From the NCBI GenBank assembly GCA_035495555.1, contig DATJFQ010000098.1, positions 12,325 to 76,324 on the forward strand: DNA of 64,000 nt, written 5' to 3'. The DNA is from Vicinamibacterales bacterium. Its GTDB lineage: Bacteria; Acidobacteriota; Vicinamibacteria; Vicinamibacterales; 2-12-FULL-66-21. Each line of letters starts with the position of its first letter. The stretch's first letter is position 1. Positions 55,523 to 63,255 of this stretch are shown here, in pieces. Both the position numbers and the translations under genes were made by a program. The notes below the pieces were generated by a model. It was not told the origin of the DNA and searched no databases. It worked only from the letters and a program-made list of their open reading frames with translations.

Positions 55523-55594
55523 CGAGGCGACGGGGAGGTCGCGGCTACGGTCGTGCTGGTCGCGGCATCGTTTAGGCGTGCGTCTTCGCGGTGG

Positions 55595-55600
55595 TATACT
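55595..55600 (+). promoter_or_regulatory. candidate -10 box TATACT for the rimP-nusA-infB cluster
   Basis: TATACT with TTTAGG 17 nt upstream, located in the rimO-rimP gap. Confidence 0.3.
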
Positions 55601-55630
55601 GATTGGTGCCGTTTGCAGGGGGAAAGTCCT

Positions 55631-55660
55631 AGTGGGCCGGTGCCCACTTTTTGTTTTTCA
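55631..55660 (+). terminator. canonical intrinsic terminator/attenuator hairpin
   Basis: AGTGGGC-CGGT-GCCCACT (7-bp stem, tetraloop) followed by TTTTGTTTTT, a striking T-run in a GC-rich genome. Confidence 0.6.
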
Positions 55661-56176
55661 GGGGTATTCAGTACGCCAGAGCCGCGCGCGATCGGCCGAT
55701 TCAGGCAAGCCGCTGAACGGGTGGCGAACAGCCACGGGCTGGAAATCTTCGACGTCCAGCTCCGGCGTGAACCGATAGGGATGGTGCTCCGGGTGGTGAT
55801 CGATCGGCCGGACCGGGGCAGCATCGAACGGCCGGAGGACAGCGTCGGCATCGAGGAGTGCCAGCGCGTCAGCCAGGACCTGAGCGCGCTCCTCGACGTC
55901 GAGGACGAATTCGGCGAGCAGGCGCTGGGCGACACGTACACGCTCGAAGTCTCATCGCCGGGGCTCGATCGGCCGCTGCGGCACGAGGCCGATTTCCGCC
56001 GCTTCACGGGGCGGCTGGCAAAGATCGTCTCCTCGGAGCCGATCGAACGACAGAGCGCCTTCGCCGGCAGGATCGCGGGGATCGAGGACGGCGCGGTCGT
56101 CCTCCAGCAGGGGCGACGGACGCACAAGGTGCCGCTCGACAAGATCAAGCGCGCGCACCTGGACGTTGAGTTCTGA
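55640..56176 (+). CDS. rimP: ribosome maturation factor RimP (start codon uncertain)
   Basis: ..GLEIFDVQL...LRVVIDRP..V.IEECQRVSQDLSALLDVED......Y.LEVSSPGLDRPL. Candidate starts are GTG 55640 (inside the hairpin loop), GTG 55553 and GTG 55721. Confidence 0.8.
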   Translation: MPTFCFSGVFSTPEPRAIGRFRQAAERVANSHGLEIFDVQLRREPIGMVLRVVIDRPDRGSIERPEDSVGIEECQRVSQDLSALLDVEDEFGEQALGDTYTLEVSSPGLDRPLRHEADFRRFTGRLAKIVSSEPIERQSAFAGRIAGIEDGAVVLQQGRRTHKVPLDKIKRAHLDVEF

Positions 56177-56199
56177 CGCAGGACGTTGGTAGCTGAGAT

Positions 56200-57405
56200 A
56201 TGCAGAATCCGCTGTTGCAACAGATCGACGCCATCGCCAAAGAGAAGGGTGTCGACACCGACATCATCATCGGCGCCGTGCAGGATGCCATCGAAGCCGC
56301 GGCGCGGAAGAAATACAAGGGGGAGGAGCTGAAGGCGCGCTTCAACCCCGAGACCGGCGACTTCGAGCTGTTCGCGATCAAGAAAATCGTCGACGACGTG
56401 ACGGATCCGGCCACGCAGTTCGCCCTGAGCGAGGCGCGCAAGCTGTACGGCGACGAAGCCGAAGTGGACATGGAAGTCGAGTTCCCGAAGGACAAGCAGG
56501 AACTCGGGCGGATCGCGGCGCAGACCGCAAAGCAGGTGATTTTTCAGAAGGTCCGCGAGGCGGAGCGCGAAAACGTCTACGCGGAGTACAGCAACCGCGT
56601 CGGCGAAGTGGTGAGCGGCGTCGTCAAACGGTTCGAGAACGGCGACATCATCATGGAGCTCGGCCGGATCGAGACCGTGCTGCCGCGCAAGGAACAGTCC
56701 CGCGCGGAAAACTACGCGGCGGGCGATCGCGTGCGTGCGGTCATCCGCGGCGTGAACCGCAGCGCCAAGGGGCCGCAGATCGTGCTCTCGCGGACCGACC
56801 CGGCCCTGCTGATCAAGCTCTTCGAACAGGAAGTGCCGGAGATTTACGACGGCACGGTCATGATCCGCGGCGCGGTGCGCGAGGCGGGCGACCGCGCGAA
56901 GGTCGCGGTGTACTCGCGCGAGCGCGACGTCGATCCCGTCGGCGCGTGCGTGGGCATGAAGGGCACGCGGGTGCAGTCGATCATCCGCGAGTTGCGCGGC
57001 GAGAAAATCGACATCGTCGAGTGGTCCGAGGATCCCATCCTGTTCGTCACCAACGCGATTAGCCCCGCCAAGGTGCAGCGCGTGTCCATCGTCGACGACG
57101 CCGAGAAGGTGATGGAAGTCGTCGTCGAGGACAAGCAGTTGTCGCTCGCGATCGGCAAGAAGGGCCAGAACGTGCGGCTCGCCGCAAAGCTCACCGGCTG
57201 GAAGATTGACATCAAGAGCGAGGAAGAGAAGCGGCGCGAAGTCGAGAAGCAGTTCGGCGAACTCGGAGTGGGGGAAGCGGCGGATTCGATCGAACAGGCC
57301 GACGCTGCGGAAGGAGCGGACGCAGAGGCCGAAGCGGCATCTGCGGCCGTGGCGGAAACCGCGGCCGACACGTCGGGCACGGAAGGGTCGGAGACGGGTG
57401 AATAG
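56200..57405 (+). CDS. nusA: transcription termination/antitermination factor NusA
   Basis: N-terminal domain, S1 (G.VV.G.V.R) and two KH domains (GACVGMKG.RVQ.I..EL.GEKIDIV.W, LAIGK.GQNVRLA..LTGWKIDI), with an acidic tail. Confidence 0.95.
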   Translation: MQNPLLQQIDAIAKEKGVDTDIIIGAVQDAIEAAARKKYKGEELKARFNPETGDFELFAIKKIVDDVTDPATQFALSEARKLYGDEAEVDMEVEFPKDKQELGRIAAQTAKQVIFQKVREAERENVYAEYSNRVGEVVSGVVKRFENGDIIMELGRIETVLPRKEQSRAENYAAGDRVRAVIRGVNRSAKGPQIVLSRTDPALLIKLFEQEVPEIYDGTVMIRGAVREAGDRAKVAVYSRERDVDPVGACVGMKGTRVQSIIRELRGEKIDIVEWSEDPILFVTNAISPAKVQRVSIVDDAEKVMEVVVEDKQLSLAIGKKGQNVRLAAKLTGWKIDIKSEEEKRREVEKQFGELGVGEAADSIEQADAAEGADAEAEAASAAVAETAADTSGTEGSETGE

Positions 57406-57410
57406 TACTG

Positions 57411-57467
57411 ATTCCCGGCTCCCAGCTCCCAACGTCCGGATTTTGGGAAGCGGGATTTGAGAATCGG
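57411..57467. repeat. degenerate TTGGGAR-family hairpin
   Basis: ATTCCCGGCTCCCAGCTCCCAACG ... TTTTGGGAAGCGGGATTTGAGAAT. Only partial complementarity. Confidence 0.45.
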
Positions 57468-57483
57468 CAGTTTGGAGTTCTGT

Positions 57484-60303
57484 TTGGCAACAGTTCGGAT
57501 TTATAGAGTCGCGGAGCTGCTCAACACCTCGAGCCAGGAAGTCATGGCCCTTCTGAAGAAGGAGCATGGCATCGAGGTGAAGAGCGCATCGAGCACGATC
57601 GAAGAAGTCGTCGCGCGCGAGTTCGTCGCGAAGCAGGCGCGCCAGCGCGGGCTCAAGGTGCCGTCGAGCGCATCCTTCGCCGACACGCCGACGGCCTCGC
57701 GCGGCACGCAGCGCCGCCAGGGCGGGCGCACGGCGGAACCGCCCAAACCGGCCGCCCCCCCGATGCCGGCGCCCCGACTGGTGAAGACGGTACGGCCCGC
57801 CGCGCCGCCCGCGGAACCGGCAGCTCCGGAAGCTGCTCCTGCGGCTTCAGCGCCGGCGCCTGTCCCGGTCCCTCCGGAGCCGACGCCCGCTCCTGTCGCC
57901 ATCGAACCGCCTCCGCCTGTAGCGCCGTCGCAGCCTGAACCTGAGCCGGTACAGGCAGCGGCGCCCCCGGCCCCCGTGGCAGAAGAACCCGTCGCTCCGT
58001 CGGCGCCTCCGGTCGAAGCTCCGGCCGCGGCTGCGGAAGCGGAAATGCCCGCACCGGTGAAGGCGGCTCCGGCTCCTCCGCCGCCGCCCGCACCTGCGCC
58101 TCCGTCACGTCCCGTCGTCCCGCCGCCGACAGGCCGCGTCGTCCCGCCGACGATCCGCCTGCGCGTCGAGGATCCGCGGACCGGCCAGGCTCCGCCTGCG
58201 CCGCCGCGCCGCCCGATCCTCGTGCGTCCGCCGCAGTCGACGGCTCCGCTGCCTGCGCCAACCGGAAATCTCAGCCGACCGGCCGGTCAGCGTCCCGGCC
58301 AGCCGGCCGCACCGCGTCCCGGAGGCCCGCGTCCCGCGTATTCGCCGCGCCCGCAGGGTCCCGTCGGTGGCCCCAGGCCGCTGCCGTCTCAGCCCGTTCG
58401 TCCGTCGCAGCCGCAGCGTCCGCAAGTGCCGGGCTACCGGCCGCCCGCGCCGCGGCCGTCCTTTCAGAGGACTGGCGGCCCACGCCGCGACCACCCGCGT
58501 GCGGCCATGCAGGCGCCGTCAGCGGCGGCACCGCCGCCGATCACGCGGACGATTACGCTGGCGGAAGGCATGACCGTGTCGGATCTCGCGTCGAAGCTCG
58601 ACGTGAAAGCGAACGATGTCCTCAAGAAACTGTTCGAGAAGCGCATGATGATGCGCATCAACAGCACCCTCGATACGGACACGGCGTCGATGATCGCGCG
58701 CGAGTTCGGCGCGGACGTCAAGATGCACACCTTCGAGGAGGAGCTCCTCCAGGTCGAAGCGGAGGACGTGAACCCCGAGGACGTGATTACGCGCGCGCCG
58801 GTCGTCACCGTCATGGGTCACGTCGACCACGGCAAGACGACGCTGCTCGACGCGATTCGCGAAACGCGCGTGGCCGAGCGTGAAGCCGGCGGTATCACCC
58901 AGCACATCGGCGCCTATGCCGTGCAGGTGAACGACCGCAACGTCGTGTTCCTCGACACGCCGGGTCACGAGGCGTTCACGATGATGCGCGCCCGAGGCGC
59001 CCGCGTGACCGACGTGGTCGTCCTCGTCGTCGCCGCCGACGACGGCGTCATGCCGCAGACGCGCGAAGCGATCGACCACGCACGCGCCGCGAACGTCCCG
59101 ATCGTCGTGGCGATCAACAAGATAGACAAGCCGAACGCGAACCCCGATCGGGTGAAAAAGGAGCTTGCCGATCTCGGACTGGTCCCGGAGGACTGGGGCG
59201 GCGACACGGTCACGGTGCCGGTCTCGGCGAAGAAGCGCGAGAACATCCCGAGCCTGCTCGAGATGATCCTCATCGTCACCGAACTCAGCGAACTGAAGGC
59301 CAACCCGAAGCGCAACGCGTCGGGCACGGTGCTCGAAGCCAAGCTGGACAAGGGCCGCGGCCCTGTCGCGACGATCCTCGTGCAGGATGGCACGCTGCAC
59401 GTCGGCGATACGTTCATCGCCGGCACGATCGTCGGCAAGGTGCGCGCGCTCATCGATGACAGCGGAAGGTCCATTAAATCCGCCGGCCCGGCGACGCCGG
59501 TTGAAGTCCTGGGCCTCGGAGGCTTGCCGCTGCCCGGCGACGTGTTCCAGGCGCTCGCCGATGCGGCGAAGGCGCGCCAGATTGCGCTCTATCGTCAGAC
59601 GCAGGCGAAAGACAAGGCGCTCGGAGCCAAGGGCGCTCGGCTCACGCTCGAGTCGCTGCAGCAGCAAATCGCCGAGGGCGGCATGAAGGAACTGCCGCTC
59701 ATCATCAAGGCCGACGTGCAGGGCTCGGCCGAAGTGCTGGCCGACACGCTGACGAAGCTGTCGGACGACCACGTCAAGATCCGGATCATCCACAGCGGCG
59801 TCGGCGCCATCAACGAATCCGACGTCCTGCTGGCAACCGCATCGAACGCCATCGTCATCGGATTCAACGTGCGTCCTGACCGCAACGCGGCCGACGTCGC
59901 CGACCACGACAAGGTCGACATCCGGCTCCACTCCGTCATCTACAACGTGGTGGACGAGATGAAGAAGGCCATGACGGGGCTTCTGGAACCGACGCTGAAA
60001 GAAGTGCGCATCGGCAGCGCCGCGGTGCGCGAGACATTCAAGGTTCCGAAGTTCGGCACGATCGCTGGGTGCATGGTCACCGATGGCCGGATCACACGGT
60101 CGGGCGACACGCAGGCCCGCCTGCTCCGCGACAACGTCGTGATCCACGAAGGCCGCATCGGCTCTCTGCGCCGCTTCAAAGACGACGTGTCCGAAGTCAA
60201 GGCGGGCTTCGAGTGCGGTATCGGCTTCGAGAAGTACAACGACATCAAGGTCGGCGACATCATCGAAGCATTCGTGGTCGAGCGCGTCGCGGCGACCGTC
60301 TGA
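57484..60303 (+). CDS. infB: translation initiation factor IF-2
   Basis: TTG at 57484 lies 7 nt after GGAG. IF2-N (RIYRVAELLNTSSQEVMALLK), a Pro/Ala-rich linker, G domain (VMGHVDHGKTTLLD, DTPGHEAF, NKID) and C-terminal domains. Confidence 0.95.
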   Translation: MATVRIYRVAELLNTSSQEVMALLKKEHGIEVKSASSTIEEVVAREFVAKQARQRGLKVPSSASFADTPTASRGTQRRQGGRTAEPPKPAAPPMPAPRLVKTVRPAAPPAEPAAPEAAPAASAPAPVPVPPEPTPAPVAIEPPPPVAPSQPEPEPVQAAAPPAPVAEEPVAPSAPPVEAPAAAAEAEMPAPVKAAPAPPPPPAPAPPSRPVVPPPTGRVVPPTIRLRVEDPRTGQAPPAPPRRPILVRPPQSTAPLPAPTGNLSRPAGQRPGQPAAPRPGGPRPAYSPRPQGPVGGPRPLPSQPVRPSQPQRPQVPGYRPPAPRPSFQRTGGPRRDHPRAAMQAPSAAAPPPITRTITLAEGMTVSDLASKLDVKANDVLKKLFEKRMMMRINSTLDTDTASMIAREFGADVKMHTFEEELLQVEAEDVNPEDVITRAPVVTVMGHVDHGKTTLLDAIRETRVAEREAGGITQHIGAYAVQVNDRNVVFLDTPGHEAFTMMRARGARVTDVVVLVVAADDGVMPQTREAIDHARAANVPIVVAINKIDKPNANPDRVKKELADLGLVPEDWGGDTVTVPVSAKKRENIPSLLEMILIVTELSELKANPKRNASGTVLEAKLDKGRGPVATILVQDGTLHVGDTFIAGTIVGKVRALIDDSGRSIKSAGPATPVEVLGLGGLPLPGDVFQALADAAKARQIALYRQTQAKDKALGAKGARLTLESLQQQIAEGGMKELPLIIKADVQGSAEVLADTLTKLSDDHVKIRIIHSGVGAINESDVLLATASNAIVIGFNVRPDRNAADVADHDKVDIRLHSVIYNVVDEMKKAMTGLLEPTLKEVRIGSAAVRETFKVPKFGTIAGCMVTDGRITRSGDTQARLLRDNVVIHEGRIGSLRRFKDDVSEVKAGFECGIGFEKYNDIKVGDIIEAFVVERVAATV

Positions 60304-60312
60304 CCTTCGCGT

Positions 60313-60346
60313 GGAATTGGGAGTTGGGAATTGGGAGTTGGGAGTT
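60313..60346. repeat. single-arm TTGGGAR heptamer array (GGAATTGGGAGTTGGGAATTGGGAGTTGGGAGTT)
   Basis: Four GGG runs spaced by 4 nt, in the infB-rbfA gap. The last GGGAG lies 6 nt before the rbfA GTG. Confidence 0.85.
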
Positions 60347-60351
60347 AAGAA

Positions 60352-60768
60352 GTGACCTCCAACAGACCCGAGCGTATCGGAGAAGCGGTCCGCGACGAGA
60401 TCTCCCTGATGCTCGCGCGTGAGGTCCACGATCCCGGCATCGGGTTCGTGACGCTGACGCGGGTGAAAGTCACGCCGGACCTGCAGATCGCGCGCGTCTA
60501 CTACACGACGCTGGGGGACGAGAAGGCCCAGCGCGAGACGGCAAAGGCGCTTCGCCGGGCCGCGCCGTTCCTGCGCCGGCAGCTCGGCCAGAAAATCCGG
60601 CTCCGGCGCGTTCCCGAAATCGAGTTCCACTACGACGAATCAATCGCGCACGCCGATCGCGTGGAACGGATCCTTCACGATCTCGAAGAAGAGCGGGCGG
60701 CGCGCGCCGCCGAGACCCGCGACACAGCCGGCGACGCCTTACGCGATGACCATCCCGACGACGAGTAG
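60352..60768 (+). CDS. rbfA: ribosome-binding factor A
   Basis: R.ERIGEAVRDEIS.ML..EV.DP..GFVT.T.V.V..DL..A.VYY...G; RR.P.I.F..D. Confidence 0.9.
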   Translation: MTSNRPERIGEAVRDEISLMLAREVHDPGIGFVTLTRVKVTPDLQIARVYYTTLGDEKAQRETAKALRRAAPFLRRQLGQKIRLRRVPEIEFHYDESIAHADRVERILHDLEEERAARAAETRDTAGDALRDDHPDDE

Positions 60769-61747
60769 CCATACAGTCAACGAGATCCGCGACGCGATTC
60801 TTGCCCGCCGCCGATTCCTGATCACCTCCCACGCAAGACCCGACGGCGATTCCATCGGATCTCAGATGGCAATGGCCTATGCGCTCGAGGCGCTCGGCAA
60901 GGAAGTCCGCCTGGTCAACGCCGACCCCGCGCCCGAGCATTATCTGGATTTTCCCGGCGTCGAGCGGATCGAGATCGCTCGCCAGCTGCTCGAGCGCGAC
61001 GCCGACGCCCTCATCGTGATGGAATCGAGCGATCTCAACCGCACCGGCGTCGCGGGCCTCGAAGGGCGCTTCACGATCAATATCGACCACCACCAGGGCA
61101 ACACGGCGTACGGCGATCTGAACTGGCTCGACGAATCCGCCGCGGCCTGCGGCGAGCTGGTGTTCGAGCTGATCGGGTCGCTCGGGATCCCGCTCACGGT
61201 CGAGATCGCGACGCACATCTACCTGGCCATCCTGACCGACACCGGCTCGTTCCACCACTCCAACATCACGCCGAAAACGTTCGACATCTGCCGCCAGACG
61301 GTCGCGGCAGGCGTGAACCCGGCGGCCATGGCCCGGCGCGTGTTCGACAGCAACAGCTTCGGAAAATTGAAGTTGATCGGCGCGCTGCTCGACGAGATGG
61401 ACCTCCTGGACGATGGGCGGCTGGCCGTGCTGTACCTGAACGACGACATCCTCAACGCGACGAACACGACCTACAACGACACGGAAGGCCTCATCAACCT
61501 GCCCCTGACCGCACGGGAGATCCAGGCCGTCGCTTTCTTCAAGGTCGGAGCCGACGGCGACATCCGCGTCAGCCTCCGCTCGAAGTACGACGTCGATGTC
61601 CGGGCCGTTGCGAGTCTCCATGGCGGGGGCGGACACAAGAATGCGGCAGGGTTCACGGTCAGGGGACCGCTTCCCGACGTGCGCCCGGTGATCATCCGCG
61701 AAATCGAACAGGCCATCGCTGCGGGGATGCAAACGAGGCCTGAGTAA
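60746..61747 (+). CDS. nrnA: DHH/DHHA1 phosphoesterase (NrnA-type oligoribonuclease / pAp phosphatase)
   Basis: ITSHARPDGDSIGS, IDHH, TDTG.F, GGGHKNAAG. Sits in the conserved position after rbfA and overlaps rbfA by 23 nt. Confidence 0.85.
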   Translation: MTIPTTSSHTVNEIRDAILARRRFLITSHARPDGDSIGSQMAMAYALEALGKEVRLVNADPAPEHYLDFPGVERIEIARQLLERDADALIVMESSDLNRTGVAGLEGRFTINIDHHQGNTAYGDLNWLDESAAACGELVFELIGSLGIPLTVEIATHIYLAILTDTGSFHHSNITPKTFDICRQTVAAGVNPAAMARRVFDSNSFGKLKLIGALLDEMDLLDDGRLAVLYLNDDILNATNTTYNDTEGLINLPLTAREIQAVAFFKVGADGDIRVSLRSKYDVDVRAVASLHGGGGHKNAAGFTVRGPLPDVRPVIIREIEQAIAAGMQTRPE

Positions 61748-61829
61748 ATTCCCAATTCCCAACGCCCAAACGAGCCTGGTTTGGACGTTCGATTTGGGAG
61801 TTGGAGTTGGGAGTTGGAAGTTGGGAATT
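61746..61829. repeat. inverted heptamer hairpin, TTGGGAR family
   Basis: AAATTCCCAATTCCCAACGCCCAAACG ... CGATTTGGGAGTTGGAGTTGGGAGTTGGAAGTTGGGAATT. Spans the nrnA stop to the truB start. Confidence 0.85.
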
Positions 61830-62765
61830 GACGGCGCCCTGATTGTCGATAAGCCGTCTGGACCCACCTCTCACGACGTCGTCGCCGTCGCGAGGCGCGC
61901 GCTGAAGATTCGCCAGATCGGGCACACGGGGACGCTCGACCCGCTCGCGACAGGCGTGCTCGTCCTGCTGGTGGGCCGCGCCACACGCCTCTCGCAATTC
62001 ATCGTCCACGACCGGAAAGAGTACGTCGCGGAGATCCGCCTGGGCGTCGCCACGGCGACTTACGATGCGGAGGCGCTCCACGATAATTCCCAACTCCCAA
62101 CTCCCAACTCCCAAATCGATCAATCTGGCCAGCCCCGAACAAATCGAATTGGGAATTGGGAATTGGGAATTGGGAGTTTGGACGAGGTCCTCGATGATTT
62201 CCGCGGGACCTTTCTCCAATCGCCTCCGCCATTCTCCGCAAAGAAAGTCGACGGCCGGCGCGCATACGAGCAGGCCCGGAGGGCCCGGCCGGTCGAAATG
62301 CAGCCTGTTCGGGTCACCGTACACGAACTGGAGCGGCTTCAGTCGCCGGACCCCAGGCTGATTCGGCTTCGGATGGTGGTGAGCGCCGGGTTTTACGTTC
62401 GCTCTTTGGCCCACGTTCTCGGGCAGCGGCTCGGCTGCGGCGCGCACCTCGAGACGTTGCGGCGGACGCGATCCGGGCCCTTTTCGATCGACGACAGCAT
62501 CACGCTCGACACGCTCGTCAGCGGTGCGCCGACCCTCGTGCCGATGAACGGCCTGCTTCAGCACATCCCCGCCGTCACCCTTTCGGACGAGGGTCTGCGG
62601 CGGGCTTCGCGCGGGAACGTCATCAGTCCTGGGCACATTACCAACTCCGCCGTCGAAAAGACCGAGGATGGTCGGATCCGGTTGCTCTCGCCTGATGGCG
62701 AGCTCGTCGCGATTGGGGTCCGGGACGCCCGCGCGTTTTTGCACCCGCAAGTTGTGTTGGTGTAA
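61821..62765 (+). CDS. truB: tRNA pseudouridine(55) synthase (start uncertain: TTG 61821 or TTG 61794, both inside the repeat arm)
   Basis: IVDKPSGPTSHDVV, GHTGTLDPLATGVL (catalytic Asp), Y.AEIRLG..T.T.DAE, F.G...Q.PP.FSA.K, LGCGAHL..LRRT. Contains a repeat insert. Confidence 0.9.
   Translation: MGIDGALIVDKPSGPTSHDVVAVARRALKIRQIGHTGTLDPLATGVLVLLVGRATRLSQFIVHDRKEYVAEIRLGVATATYDAEALHDNSQLPTPNSQIDQSGQPRTNRIGNWELGIGSLDEVLDDFRGTFLQSPPPFSAKKVDGRRAYEQARRARPVEMQPVRVTVHELERLQSPDPRLIRLRMVVSAGFYVRSLAHVLGQRLGCGAHLETLRRTRSGPFSIDDSITLDTLVSGAPTLVPMNGLLQHIPAVTLSDEGLRRASRGNVISPGHITNSAVEKTEDGRIRLLSPDGELVAIGVRDARAFLHPQVVLV
62085..62178. repeat. TTGGGAR-family inverted hairpin in-frame inside truB
   Basis: AATTCCC(AACTCCC)3AAATCGAT - 22-nt loop - ATCGAATT(GGGAATT)3GGGAGTT. 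About 31 of 36 arm positions are complementary. Confidence 0.9.
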
Positions 62766-62855
62766 AATGTTGACTCGTTTGCAAATAGGTCAATTACGGC
62801 GGTCTGGTTGCGGGATGCGATTCCCCTCGACTGGGCCGTACGTGGAGGTACAGCA

Positions 62856-63122
62856 GTGCTGAGCAAGGACCGCAAAACGGAAGTCATTGGCAGTTATCGT
62901 ACTCACGACGGCGACACCGGTTCCCCCGAAGTGCAGGTCGCGCTCCTCAGCGAGCGCATCAGCTACCTGACGGAGCATTTCAAGAGCCACGCGAAGGATC
63001 ATCACTCCCGCAGGGGTCTGCTGAAACTCGTCGGCCAGCGGCGCCGCCTCCTGGACTACCTGAAACGGAAGGACTCGGACCGATACGCAGATCTGATCAA
63101 GCGGCTCGGCATCCGCAAGTAG
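62856..63122 (+). CDS. rpsO: 30S ribosomal protein S15
   Basis: GTG at 62856 lies 7 nt after [41 protein letters not shown]...D..RY..LI..LG.R. Confidence 0.95.
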   Translation: MLSKDRKTEVIGSYRTHDGDTGSPEVQVALLSERISYLTEHFKSHAKDHHSRRGLLKLVGQRRRLLDYLKRKDSDRYADLIKRLGIRK

Positions 63123-63255
63123 AATCTGCTGGAGGCGCCCGATCCGCAGGTCGGGCGACGGCCGGTCCGGGAGACCAGAAGATCGGGCTCCCCTGGCTCA
63201 GACAACCCGCGCTCCACTCTAGAAGCTGGCGCAGCTCATTTCTGAAAGAAGTCAC
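63123..63255 (+). promoter_or_regulatory. rpsO-pnp intergenic leader with stem-loops
   Basis: Stem-loop CGCCCGA-N8-TCGGGCG at 63136-63157, plus GGGAG/CTCCC pairing downstream. In E. coli the equivalent leader carries the RNase III hairpin used for pnp autoregulation. Confidence 0.35.

Noticed and set aside
55523-55639. tRNA (metY-like) upstream of rimP, as in E. coli
   Set aside because: I could not fold a cloverleaf or find T-loop (GTTCRANYC) or anticodon-arm features. The region looks like a promoter plus a hairpin only.
60313-60346. TTGGGAR tracts as eukaryotic telomere-like contamination
   Set aside because: The tracts are short and embedded between or inside bacterial genes with continuous reading frames. 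They are paired with complementary arms locally.
58519-60630. 703-aa minus-strand ORF
   Set aside because: It is antisense to infB and rbfA, which have unmistakable motifs. Its composition is typical of a shadow ORF.
62766-62855. Sigma70-type promoter TTGACT (62769-74) for rpsO
   Set aside because: The AT-rich block is suggestive, but the hexamer at 17-nt spacing is ATTACG, a poor -10. That is too weak to call as a feature.
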